A DNA stretch of 63,983 bases, counting the filler, from Trichomonas gallinae (Eukaryota), in NCBI GenBank assembly GCA_008369845.1. It is 7 parts of 7 records of this genome, joined end to end, with 100 filler letters (N's around TTAATTAATTAA, not from the genome) between each part and the next. Parts side by side here need not be neighbours in the genome. Positions count along the whole stretch, not along the records: positions 1 to 13,477 come from MRSU01001088.1; 6 more parts are not named here. One strand, given 5' to 3'. The position numbers and the translations under genes were made by a program. The notes beneath the pieces were generated by a model, which saw only the letters and a list, made by a program, of their open reading frames with translations, was not told the DNA's origin and did not search any database. Position 1 is the first letter of the stretch, and each line of letters starts with the position of its first letter. Shown one piece after another: positions 1-10,287 of the stretch.

Positions 1-72
1 GTCCCAGTAGTATATTGGTTAGAATGGATCCTTGACACGGATCAGAGGCCAGTTCGATTCTGGCCTGGGACA
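1..72 (+). tRNA. tRNA-Val, anticodon GAC
   Basis: Acceptor GTCCCAG/CTGGGAC-A, anticodon stem GATCC/GGATC with loop TTGACAC, T arm GCCAG-TTCGATT-CTGGC, followed by a T-run Pol III terminator. Confidence 0.93.
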
Positions 73-270
73 TTTTTTCCCTTTTTATATTATTTTATAA
101 TTTGCAATTTTTTGATAATTTTCTATGTAAAGGAACTATGATGATTACATTTTTTGTATTTTTGATGCTTTTTAAACAAAAGATTGAAAATTATCAAAAA
201 TTAGCGATTTCCGATTTTGTATCAATCATTTTTTACTTGTTTTTCCGTAGAATTGAGGTTATTTTCATTA

Positions 271-834
271 ATGACTGAAAATGAAACTCGAATCATATTT
301 GTTGGTTGTCTAAGACCAAAGACAACAGAGGATGAGCTTATTAAGGCCTTTAGTACTATCGCTCCGGTTGAAGATGTGACTATTTTGAGGCATCCAAATG
401 GAAAATCAAAGCAAGTTGCATTTATATCTTACGCTACACCAGAGATTGCAAGACAAGCAGTTGAAAAATACGATGAGACAAAGCAGTGCAACTGTATTGT
501 ACACGTAGAACTAAGGAAATCTCGTCAAATTTTGCAAAGTCAAAATGAAGGTCATGAAGGAAGACCAGTTTTATTCCATCATTCTGACTCGTATTCGGAT
601 TCTGAACCCGAAAATATGAAAGAAAATCAAGCAAATAACGAAACTCTGATTGTTGAAAAACAAAATGCGAAAAAACATCATAGAAGACATCATCATAGGT
701 CGTATTATTCAAGCTACTCATCAGACTACTCTGATTATGACCGACACAGGTCAAAAAGACACAGACATCATAGACATCACAGAAGACATCATCACAAAAG
801 AATAAGGGGTTCCTGCCCAGCCAATTCCAAATGA
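271..834 (+). CDS. RRM RNA-binding protein with Ser/His/Arg-rich C-terminal tail
   Basis: RNP2-like IIFVGCL and RNP1-like KQVAFISY, then an HRRHHH/SDYSD tail. ATG at 271 follows a TCATT initiator (ORF track starts upstream at a non-ATG codon). Confidence 0.8.
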   Translation: MTENETRIIFVGCLRPKTTEDELIKAFSTIAPVEDVTILRHPNGKSKQVAFISYATPEIARQAVEKYDETKQCNCIVHVELRKSRQILQSQNEGHEGRPVLFHHSDSYSDSEPENMKENQANNETLIVEKQNAKKHHRRHHHRSYYSSYSSDYSDYDRHRSKRHRHHRHHRRHHHKRIRGSCPANSK

Positions 835-1482
835 ATTAAACGTGGATCCAACAATTCCAGAAAATTTATAATGTTTTCAAGATTAATGTTATTATCATGC
901 AAATAATATTGGCTATTATGCTACATATCCAAGTCCAATTATTCCACAAACTTCTAATTTCTTATATCAAATTTTGAATTTCGATATTCTAAGTCAAAAA
1001 ATGATGTGTTTACAAACTTTCTCCTATTTACTCATTATTGGCATTTAATTCATTTTGCAAAAACATTTTTGAAATCAAGATTTGAAAAACAATGAATAAT
1101 GATTTCATATATAGTTGTTCTAATTACGTTGGTATATTTGATGAATTACTTAAGCTAAAATAGCTTATTATCGGTTTAAATATTTTATTTTAATATCGAA
1201 ATCAAACTTTAACTCATATTTAATCATTATAATGGCTGGAAATTAAATATTAAGATTATACAGATGTTATATTTATGTAATATCATTAAAAATAAGATAT
1301 TTTATGTTAATGATAAGATATATGTTTTATAAAATAGTATTTGTTATTAATGACTAGTTAAGATATATTCTATGGTTAGTTGTCTGATATTTATCAAATA
1401 AGAATCATTATGTTGTTTAATTATTTATTGGGATAATCAGCAAAATATTATGTCGAGAAAAAAATCATAAATCAAAAAATAA

Positions 1483-2067
1483 ATGTACAGTCTTCCAGGC
1501 CAAGACATTCCATTACACAAAGTTCCTGTCCTCGGTGATGTTTCTGTTGGCAAAACATGCATTGTGGACTGGATAGAAAAGAAAGCTTTCAATCCACAGA
1601 CGAGATCAAATGTTGGAGTTTCAACTGTTGAAGTTAACATCGATATAGGCACAAAAATCATTCCTTTAAGTCTGTGGGATACCGCAGGACAAGAAACATA
1701 TCGATCTCTCGTTCCATTATACACCCGAAATGCAGAAGCTCTTATTTTGGTATTTGATATCGCAGAAAAGGCATCATTCGATAATTTACCAAGTTGGCTT
1801 GAATACATTAAGAACAAATTGAACTGTCACTGCCCAATATTCTTAGTTGCAAATAAAATTGATTGCGATTTTGTTGTTACTCGTGCGGCAATGAAAGATT
1901 TTGCTGATACTAATAGCATTCCACTACATTACACATCTGCAAAAACTGGTCAAGGAATTGAAGATTTATTTAGGGACATTGCTACACTAATCTCTTCTAC
2001 AGCACCCAAAACAATGAGCAGTGGTCCAAATCTTCAAAAAGCACAGCAAAGTTCCGGTTGTTGCTGA
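1483..2067 (+). CDS. Rab-family small GTPase
   Basis: GDVSVGKT P-loop, WDTAGQE, YRSLVPLYTR, NKID, SAK, C-terminal CC prenylation motif. Confidence 0.95.
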   Translation: MYSLPGQDIPLHKVPVLGDVSVGKTCIVDWIEKKAFNPQTRSNVGVSTVEVNIDIGTKIIPLSLWDTAGQETYRSLVPLYTRNAEALILVFDIAEKASFDNLPSWLEYIKNKLNCHCPIFLVANKIDCDFVVTRAAMKDFADTNSIPLHYTSAKTGQGIEDLFRDIATLISSTAPKTMSSGPNLQKAQQSSGCC

Positions 2068-2464
2068 ATTTTGATTTAAATTTCGGAATTTTTATTGTTA
2101 TTGTCTCATTACTATTAAATATTGCTATACTTGTTAGAATAAAGCAAAAATTTTACTTTAAAACGCATAAATAAAATGTTGTATCAAAGATGAAGCATTC
2201 ATGAATGGGGTCTTATCATTGCCAAAAAAAAAGAACATAAGAAACTTCAATGAAACAGATGATGGAATTCATCTAGACATTTCCATATAATAATACCTGA
2301 ATAATATTTTATTGTTAACAATGCCTCGGCTTTTGGAATCTTGTTTAATACGGAGTGAAAGAATTCTATGCATTTCTTCATGTTTCTTTGCATTTCTGCT
2401 CATTAAAAAAAATTCAGCTTTAATTAAAAAAAAGCAAATATAATGATAAAATGAAAAAAGGTAT

Positions 2465-4582
2465 TTAATCTTTCTTCTTCTTTTCTTCCTTCTTATGTTT
2501 CTTTTCTTCTTTCTTTTCCTTCTTCTTCTCTTCTTTCTCCTTCTTCTTTTCCTCTTTTTCTTTCTTCTTTTCTTCCTTTTCCTTCTTCTTATCATCTTTC
2601 TTTTCCTTCTTTTCTTTCTTCTTCTCATCTTTTTCCTTCTTCTTATCATCCTTTTCTTTCTTCTTCTTTTCCTTCTTCGCTGCTTTCTCTGGATCCTCTT
2701 CTTTTGCCTTCTTCTTCTTATCATCTTCAAGCTTGATCTTCTTTCCTGCTGTCTGGACAATCAGAGGGTCATCCTTAGAATGTGACTCCAAATATGCTGA
2801 CTTCAGTTCTTTAGGAACTTTGATTTCTTTCTTCTTTGATCCACACTGTGAGTATTCAACACAGTGCTCGTATCCTTCAATGTCGAGATTGTTATAAACA
2901 AGATAATCCACAGCAGCTGAATATTTCTCTTTCTCTGCCAATTGCGTGATCCTTGACGAAATGTTGAGAGCAGTAATTGGTGCATCAATTTTGCTGCAGT
3001 GAAGATTGTTAGTAATCTCGTTCGCATAATTATCGAACTTATTCATCCTTGAATATGACATCATTAATTTCGGCATTTCAGCTCTGAGATATAATGGATC
3101 AACATCTTGCTTTGATAAACATGTTGGGCAAACAGATGATAAATAGTTAGAAGCAGGAGCCAAATTATAATTCTGTGTCTGCCTCAATTCTGTTTCGATA
3201 ATATCGCCGAAACACGTTGATTCTAATGCATCTGTGTAATTCAAGTAATCCTCCATTGTATCATTCTTTGGTGCGGCAAGGTTGTACTGTACATAGAGGC
3301 TAACAGCATCGTCAACGAATGAGCAGTTGAGTTTGTCGTCGAATGGCGTCCTTGAAGATAAGATCAATCTTGTTGCATCAACGACATTATCAATATACTG
3401 GACCTTCTCCATGTTGTTGTTGGATCCAACCCAGAATTCTAAGTAGTTAATAGCGAATCTTAGGTCGCCGTTTGCTCTTTGTGCGATGTTTTGAAGAGCG
3501 GCGGGTTTAATCTGGATGCCTTCTTCCTGAGCGATGCTTTTGATTCTCTGGACGATCATGGCTGAGTCTAGTTTAGGAATCATGATTGTTTCGCTAACTT
3601 TGTATAATGGATCATATTTTCTGTCGCTTTTAGAGTTCATTATGCAGACAATTGGAATCTTTGTGGTCTTTGCGAGGTTGACAATTGCGGAAAGGCCTCC
3701 ACGATCACCAGCACCGAGTCCTTCGATTTCATCGAAAATAATGCAAACTTTTCCAAGTTGTTTCTTCTTGTTGTTTGATTCGATAATCTTGTTATTAACG
3801 ACATCAATGAAATGCTCTACTTCTGATTTAGATCTAACATCAGATGCATTAAATTCTTCAACATGATAACCACAAGAAGAAGCCATTAAGTGTGCGAGTG
3901 TAGTTTTTCCTGTTCCTGGACCGCCAGTAATCAATAAAATTTTGTTCTTCACGTTTGGAAACTTTGTGAAATATTCTTTGATCTGATTTTTGGCGCCCAT
4001 TCCTCCAACAACCTGTGATAAGTCTTTTGGTCTGTATTTTTCTGCGAGATTAATGAATGATTTCTTTGCTTCTGTCTGTTTATTGTCAGATGTTGCATTA
4101 TTTTGTTCTTCTTCCTTTTCTTCTTCTTTCTCTTTCGCTTCATTTTCAGCTTCATCACGCTTCTTTTCGTATTTAGCGAGGAAATCTTTGTTCTTTTCAG
4201 GATCTGATCTTGCGATTAAATAAAACAATCCATCTTCATCGATCATTGGAATTCCTTTATCCTTGCATGTCTGAATCTTCTTTGGGCCAACTTCCATGCA
4301 TCCAACAATGACGCAATCTGTCTTTCCTGATATTGATGAGGTAACTTTTCCGCCGTATTGCTGTACTAAGTCCTTTACCTGATCTCTCTTGAGTGAAACC
4401 ATTGTTCCTGTTGGTACAAACGTGTTTCCGAACAAGCAGTTCGGTTTTCCAACTGGTACAACTTTTTGCCCGTAGAGAGGAGGATTATCTCCCTTGCCAA
4501 ACACGAAACCACCGCTGATAGTGAAGTTTTCGTCACGTAACGGGAAAGGTTTGAGATCAACTTTAGCTAGTTTTGGCGGCAT
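2465..4582 (-). CDS. RFC1: Replication factor C large subunit (BRCT + AAA+), Lys/Glu-rich tail
   Basis: BRCT (FVPTGTM..LKRDQVKDLVQQYGGKVTSSISGKT), AEKYRP, GGPGTGKTT, NASDVR, DEIEG, GDLRFAIN. First ATG at 4582. Confidence 0.93.
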   Translation of the reverse strand: MPPKLAKVDLKPFPLRDENFTISGGFVFGKGDNPPLYGQKVVPVGKPNCLFGNTFVPTGTMVSLKRDQVKDLVQQYGGKVTSSISGKTDCVIVGCMEVGPKKIQTCKDKGIPMIDEDGLFYLIARSDPEKNKDFLAKYEKKRDEAENEAKEKEEEKEEEQNNATSDNKQTEAKKSFINLAEKYRPKDLSQVVGGMGAKNQIKEYFTKFPNVKNKILLITGGPGTGKTTLAHLMASSCGYHVEEFNASDVRSKSEVEHFIDVVNNKIIESNNKKKQLGKVCIIFDEIEGLGAGDRGGLSAIVNLAKTTKIPIVCIMNSKSDRKYDPLYKVSETIMIPKLDSAMIVQRIKSIAQEEGIQIKPAALQNIAQRANGDLRFAINYLEFWVGSNNNMEKVQYIDNVVDATRLILSSRTPFDDKLNCSFVDDAVSLYVQYNLAAPKNDTMEDYLNYTDALESTCFGDIIETELRQTQNYNLAPASNYLSSVCPTCLSKQDVDPLYLRAEMPKLMMSYSRMNKFDNYANEITNNLHCSKIDAPITALNISSRITQLAEKEKYSAAVDYLVYNNLDIEGYEHCVEYSQCGSKKKEIKVPKELKSAYLESHSKDDPLIVQTAGKKIKLEDDKKKKAKEEDPEKAAKKEKKKKEKDDKKKEKDEKKKEKKEKKDDKKKEKEEKKKEKEEKKKEKEEKKKEKKEEKKHKKEEKKKKD
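2468..2725 (-). repeat. Low-complexity (K/E/D)n coding repeat in RFC1 tail
   Basis: Polypyrimidine run on + strand encoding KKKEKEEKKK-like repeats. Confidence 0.85.
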
Positions 4583-4689
4583 TTCTAATTTTGTCAAAAA
4601 AATTCAGGAACTTCACTTTTGCCTTTTTTAAGTTTTATCAAAAATATCTTGATAACTCTATTTATAATCTATATCAAAATTTATCAAAA

Positions 4690-4995
4690 ATTTTGTCATG
4701 TAAAAAGCATTAATTGAAATAAAATGTCACGTAAATTTTTTACATTTTGGATTTTGGTAAATTTACATATCAGTTTCAAAATTTGTCAATTAGGAAATTT
4801 TTAAAGCGTAAATTTAAAAACATTTTTTGATTTAGTATTAACATTCATTTTTAATTTGAGTTTTGTCATGTAATTATAATAATATTTTATTTTTGTCATG
4901 TAATTGTTTGAATTATGGAATATTGTCATGTAAATATTGTCAATTTCGAATATTTGCCATGTAATCATGTGAATTTCGGAATAATAGCGCGTAAA
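4690..4995 (-). promoter_or_regulatory. Cluster of TTACATGACAAAA-like motifs upstream of RFC1 (about 30-bp period)
   Basis: TTGTCATGTAA-like copies near 4693, 4863, 4893, 4923 and TTGCCATGTAA near 4954. Regulatory role is inferred. Confidence 0.5.
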
Positions 4996-5084
4996 ATTTG
5001 CTTACATTTTTGTAAAAATTATTTCTGAAATGTAAAATAGAAAATTCGACATTTAAATACAAGAACAACTAACAACAAACATTA

Positions 5085-5978
5085 TCACATATTATTCTTA
5101 ATATTCTCCGTGTATGCATCAACTTCGAAGTCTGAGTCTGTATCAACTTCCTGTAATTTTGCGAAGATTTCTTTACCAAGTGAGTCGGGGCTAAATGGTG
5201 TGTCATCAGCATCCTCCTCCTCTTCCACCTTATTTTCTTCTGGATTTTGATCTTCTTCGTTCGTATTTTCGATTTCTGGGTTTTCTACTTTGATTCCCTG
5301 AACATCTTCTTCTTCAGTTGAATTGGTCCCATTTTTATCGTTGTTGGCGAGTGGTGAATTCTCGAAGGAAGAAGACTTTGCAACAGAAGAATTTTCGTCG
5401 AAAATTTGTTCTAGCTGCTCTTTTACTTCTTTGAGTTTCTCCTGAATAAGCTCCTCTGGTTTATTTCTCCAGTCATCCTGGTCGTTGTAATCAATGTCGC
5501 TCTCCTGATCTGTACTTGGCGATGCCGGGCTAGCAATCATCTCTTCTTCTTCAAATTCCTCTTGCTGAGGTGTCTCTGGCTGGTTCTTGGCCGCGTATTC
5601 CTCTTCCAAATTTGGCAACTTTACTTCCTTTACATACATATAATCATCGACGCCGCCATTAAAACGCTTCGTATAGTGGACCTTTCTTAATGGTCGCTTT
5701 GGAGTTGATGATTTTGGCGGTGTATTTAAAAATTTGTATTTTTCTTCTGGATCCTCAGGAACGTGAACAACGAGTTTCTTAATTGGTTTAGGAGATGATA
5801 ACCAGTTTGGCATACGTTTTGGCGGAGCTTCTGTATGCTTAATATAAAAATCTGTTTCATGAATAATTCCGGCGATTTCCTCGAGATATTGGGCACGAGC
5901 CTGCTTAGCTAGAGCCACGCGCCTGATCCTTGATCGGGCGAGGGCATCAACTTCGCTCAACTGTGAATTTTTCCTCAT
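5085..5978 (-). CDS. Hypothetical protein, basic N-terminus and acidic C-terminus
   Basis: 297-aa ORF from an ATG preceded by TCATTT initiator. No recognisable domain. Confidence 0.75.
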   Translation of the reverse strand: MRKNSQLSEVDALARSRIRRVALAKQARAQYLEEIAGIIHETDFYIKHTEAPPKRMPNWLSSPKPIKKLVVHVPEDPEEKYKFLNTPPKSSTPKRPLRKVHYTKRFNGGVDDYMYVKEVKLPNLEEEYAAKNQPETPQQEEFEEEEMIASPASPSTDQESDIDYNDQDDWRNKPEELIQEKLKEVKEQLEQIFDENSSVAKSSSFENSPLANNDKNGTNSTEEEDVQGIKVENPEIENTNEEDQNPEENKVEEEEDADDTPFSPDSLGKEIFAKLQEVDTDSDFEVDAYTENIKNNM

Positions 5979-7415
5979 AAATGAAAAATAAAAAAAAAAT
6001 TTTCTAAAGAACCACTGATCCAAGTTTTTATTCAGAATTCGCCTTTATACTCCCTAATAAAGCAGAAAAATCCAAGAAAAATTCGAAAAGTAGCGACTAA
6101 TGAATGCAGAATTAATTTTTAATCGATTTAGGGGCTTTCGGTTATAAAATATATTGTGTGTAGACGTAAACGGAGGTTCATTTATTTAGAAACATGGAAT
6201 AAAGAGATAAAAATCGAGATTTATTAAAAATATTGAGTAAAATATTCTAAAGAGCGTAGTCGCTGCAGTGAGATTCGAGGAAGCTATATCTCTTTATGAG
6301 GATTCGACAATTTAAAGTAAATTCTCGTAATTTTTTGATGAAATTCTCGCAAATTAAATTATAAGGTAATGCGCTAATAAACCGGCTATCAATCAATCTC
6401 CATGAATACATCCTGCTGGGCGACCGTTCATGGGAAATTATTTTGAAAAAATCGTAGAAAAGAAAGAATCAACCTTGTTTAACAAGACATCTTCTATACA
6501 CGTGTATGTAAGGATATAAACTAAATAACTTTCATTTCTTTTGGTTAATAGAAGAAAATTGAGTATTATATCGAATTAAGCACTCGCAACGTGTCATTGT
6601 TATATAGCATGGAAATTTATGATGAGTAGTCGACATTTTATCTAAGATCTCCAAACTTTATAATATATGGATGAAATTATTAAGAATTTGGAGCATTATA
6701 CTAATAGATGCCGGCATACGGGGCGATATTTTGCTTTCTGTGCATATTTGGCAGATTAATGTGGATACGCAAAATATTCTTGTTTATTTTGGTGATTGTC
6801 CGATTATATGTGGTAGTGATAACGACGTCAAACTCCACGAGTGCTGATTCGAGTATATAACTGAACTGTCTAAGAGGGTTGAATACAAATAGTCAATCAA
6901 ATATTAAACATTTTGATATAAAAATCCATAAAAAAATTAAAATTTGCGTAAAATTGGCAATTGTACGTAACTGATTCGTGTTGATAGAGATAAATATCAT
7001 GGATCACAGTCCTATTTAACGATAGGATGATATGGCAGCAAATAACACATAAAATATCAATGTGTGAATTTCTTTAATGACATTCTAAAGAGTTCTTCAC
7101 TGAAAGTTATAACTTCGTCTGTATTACATAAAGAGGATGCATATTCTATTAATAAAATTCGTATAACGTATTTGAGATTACAAAATCGTTTTCCAAGTAA
7201 TCTATTATTTACAAGACTGCAGATCTTAAAAATCGATATATTACAAAATTGAATCAGAACAAGTTATACAGGCTTTAAAATCTTCAAAAACGTTATATAC
7301 TAATTTTTTGTATCCACAACAAGTGATTTATTAAATAGTCAAAGTTAAATTTTTAATATAAAAAGATGACACTTTTTGATATTTTTTCTGAAGCCCCGAT
7401 AAATTATTCAAAATT

Positions 7416-8822
7416 ATGGAACTTTTAGTTAAAGCGCTTGAGCCGGTAGATTATAATGATGACAAGTGCTACATTGACCAGGAGAGTCCCCTGGAGTTTG
7501 GACGAGGAACAATTCTATCTCATCTTTGCTCAGAATTAGAATTATTGCCTGTCGAAAAACAAATGCTTGTAAATGTTGCCAAGAGACTTCCATTAGATCT
7601 CGTTACGGGCAATGAAAACATAGATAAACACAAAAAGATAAATTTCGAGCATTTGGTTGTGTTATTAACGTCCGAAGGTAACTGGGATGAATTACAACAA
7701 AAGTTTATCACGACATTTACGTTATTTAAGTCCCCTAAGTATCTATTGGCTTGCATTTTCGCCCGTTATTTCACAGATCCTAACGAAGGAACATCAAATA
7801 TTACTTCAATCGCTGAGCTAGAACAAACTCGCATGCGTGTACTCAAATTCCTCATCAAGTGGATGTCCACAGCGCCGTTTTATTTCAATGATCAGCTTCT
7901 AAAAACTATTCGTCAATTTTATAACACGATCTCCATTGGTCACCTGTCTGAGGGTGAGAAGGAGCTAGTAGATGCTATTGATAAACAGCTAATCTTGATG
8001 GATCAAACCAATGTTGATGAATTGACAAGTTTAATGCTAAGGTCAATCGATTCAAAAGTTTTAGGACCAAAGTCGACATTCCCAGTCCTAAAGAAAACAC
8101 ATCCACAACAAGTTGCGCTTCAAATCGCGCTTCAAGATTCGTTGATATTTGGCGCCGTTAATCCAAGAGATTTGATGGCTTGCATCGGTGGACAAATGTC
8201 AGCCAAAAACTCACCATCAATCAGCTATTTACAAGAACATTTCGACACGTTATCCAAATTCGTCGCTTTTTCCGTTATATTCGAACGAGAAGTTAAAGTA
8301 AGAGCTACTGTATACTCTATGTGGGTCAGCATTCTTTTTGAGCTGAGAAAAATTAATGACTTCTCAGGAATGTTTTCAATTTACGGTGGAATCACTCACC
8401 CATGCGTAGAGCGCCTCAAGAGCACCATAGACGAAGCTTGGAGGCAAATGGGAGCAAAAGTTAAAAGAGAATTCGAAACAATCAAAAATATTTGCAGCTT
8501 CAACAACAATTTTCACGGATATCGCCAGGCAATTCTCATCTCTCACTTACCTTGCGTACCATTCCTCGGCTGCTTCCAAAAAGACTGGGTTTATTTCCAA
8601 GAAATGAATAATTTCCATACAGGAGACAACACGCTTGATATTATGACAATTGACAAAGCTTACGAACTTTACATATCGGTCCAAAAATACCAAGCAACTA
8701 AATATCAAATCAAAGAAGACCCAACTCTCCAAAAAATTCTCTTTAACATCTCCAAAGATTTACCAGATAGTGTCAAGTTGATGCAAATCTCAGCTTTGCA
8801 AGAATCCATGTTCAAGAATTGA
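7416..8822 (+). CDS. RasGEF (REM + CDC25-homology domain) protein
   Basis: REM-like FITTFTLFKSPKYLL and RVLKFLIKW, GEF core NDFSGMFSIYGG..HPCVERLKST and PCVPFLGCFQKDWVYF. Confidence 0.9.
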   Translation: MELLVKALEPVDYNDDKCYIDQESPLEFGRGTILSHLCSELELLPVEKQMLVNVAKRLPLDLVTGNENIDKHKKINFEHLVVLLTSEGNWDELQQKFITTFTLFKSPKYLLACIFARYFTDPNEGTSNITSIAELEQTRMRVLKFLIKWMSTAPFYFNDQLLKTIRQFYNTISIGHLSEGEKELVDAIDKQLILMDQTNVDELTSLMLRSIDSKVLGPKSTFPVLKKTHPQQVALQIALQDSLIFGAVNPRDLMACIGGQMSAKNSPSISYLQEHFDTLSKFVAFSVIFEREVKVRATVYSMWVSILFELRKINDFSGMFSIYGGITHPCVERLKSTIDEAWRQMGAKVKREFETIKNICSFNNNFHGYRQAILISHLPCVPFLGCFQKDWVYFQEMNNFHTGDNTLDIMTIDKAYELYISVQKYQATKYQIKEDPTLQKILFNISKDLPDSVKLMQISALQESMFKN

Positions 8823-9120
8823 TTTTGTTATCATGGATTCGAATCAATGTTTGTTTTTATAAGTTATTTCTCAATAAATCATAATAAAATTTACATTACT
8901 ATGTGAGAACTTCTTTATTCCTTTTAGAGATTTTTTTTGACATGTAAAATTTCTTTACATTTTTTTCGATCAATAGGAAATGATTTGAAATTCTTAAATA
9001 GTAGAATATGGGGATGATAAATATTTGAATATTTCATTAAAATAATTTTGTCAAAAAAAGTTTACAATAGTGTTCATGTCACTTTTTATCAACATCGTCA
9101 CTTTTGTCTCTATCACAAAT

Positions 9121-9735
9121 ATGTTATCAAAACCAATTTTACCGAATGATGAAGAAATGGAGAAATTTAAGAGAAGTGTTGGACGCACACACGTTAACTA
9201 TGCAGAAGTTTTGGATGGATTCGCGGAATTAGTTTCATTAGGATTAATACCGCAAAATGAAATCGGAAATTTCAAGGCACAAGCACAATGTGAAACAAAA
9301 GTAATCGAAAGAAAACGCAGTGGTGTTACTTGGACTCAAGAAGAAGTTGATGCAATCGAAGATGGTATTCAAAAGTATGGTGTAGGAAAATGGACGAAAA
9401 TATACGAATTACACAAAGATATATTCATGAAGCGCGACAGAAGAGCAGGTGATATTAGCGATAAATGGAAAAATCTCAAAAATAAACCTAAATTTCAAAA
9501 ATATATTCAACAACCAACGCCACCGGTAACTCATAGCGCACCATCACCAATTCCCGCAATACCTCCAAATATTGTCGCTATCACACCTCAAGTTAATATC
9601 TTGAGCTCGACAAAACAATCATCAAACACACCAATTCCTCAACCTAAAGTAATAATTCCGCAATTACTAGAAGCTGCTGCAAATATAGCTCCAGGCTACA
9701 TTATTCCATTAAATAATCAAGATCCACCACAGTAA
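9121..9735 (+). CDS. Single Myb/telobox (TRF-like) DNA-binding protein with Pro-rich tail
   Basis: WTQEEVDAIEDGIQKYGVGKWTKI...DISDKWKNL resembles the telobox consensus (G.G.W..I...DLKDKWRN). Confidence 0.8.
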   Translation: MLSKPILPNDEEMEKFKRSVGRTHVNYAEVLDGFAELVSLGLIPQNEIGNFKAQAQCETKVIERKRSGVTWTQEEVDAIEDGIQKYGVGKWTKIYELHKDIFMKRDRRAGDISDKWKNLKNKPKFQKYIQQPTPPVTHSAPSPIPAIPPNIVAITPQVNILSSTKQSSNTPIPQPKVIIPQLLEAAANIAPGYIIPLNNQDPPQ

Positions 9736-10287
9736 TTGTCTTTTGTTTTTAATCATATTTGTTTGTTGTAATGTTGTAAATAATTGCGTGTTAAAAGTTT
9801 CTTATTTTTTCTCTTAAATTTTATTTTCAAAATATTAAAACATAAACAAAGATTCATATTGGGCACAATAAATAAGCTATTGAAGTATAGTTTATTTTAT
9901 AACTTTTATGATAGAAATATCATTATTCAAAGTTAATTCATACAAAGCAATAATTATCATAGCATAATGTCACAATTTTGAAAGGTTAAATCAATATAGA
10001 ATACGAAAATTTTCAAATATTGGACTTTCATTGCTTGATTTTATATATTTTGAATTTTCAAAAAATATTTTTTGGAAATAATCAAAAATAATAATAAATT
10101 TTATCATAAATTTCCTAGAAAATGATATATCTATATTCAAAATATGATTAAATTAATTGTATAAAGAGATAAATTAAATTTTATGATGAAAATCAAAAAT
10201 TATCGAATGATATATACTACTAAATATATAGTTAAAATTAAAAGTGTGTTGAGGCGTATATAATCGTTCGAATTTAAGAAAAAAGAA

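Noticed and set aside
2269..2785. Arg/Lys-rich ORF 2269..2760 (-) and Phe/Leu-rich ORF 2495..2785 (+)
   Set aside because: Shadow frames of the low-complexity RFC1 tail
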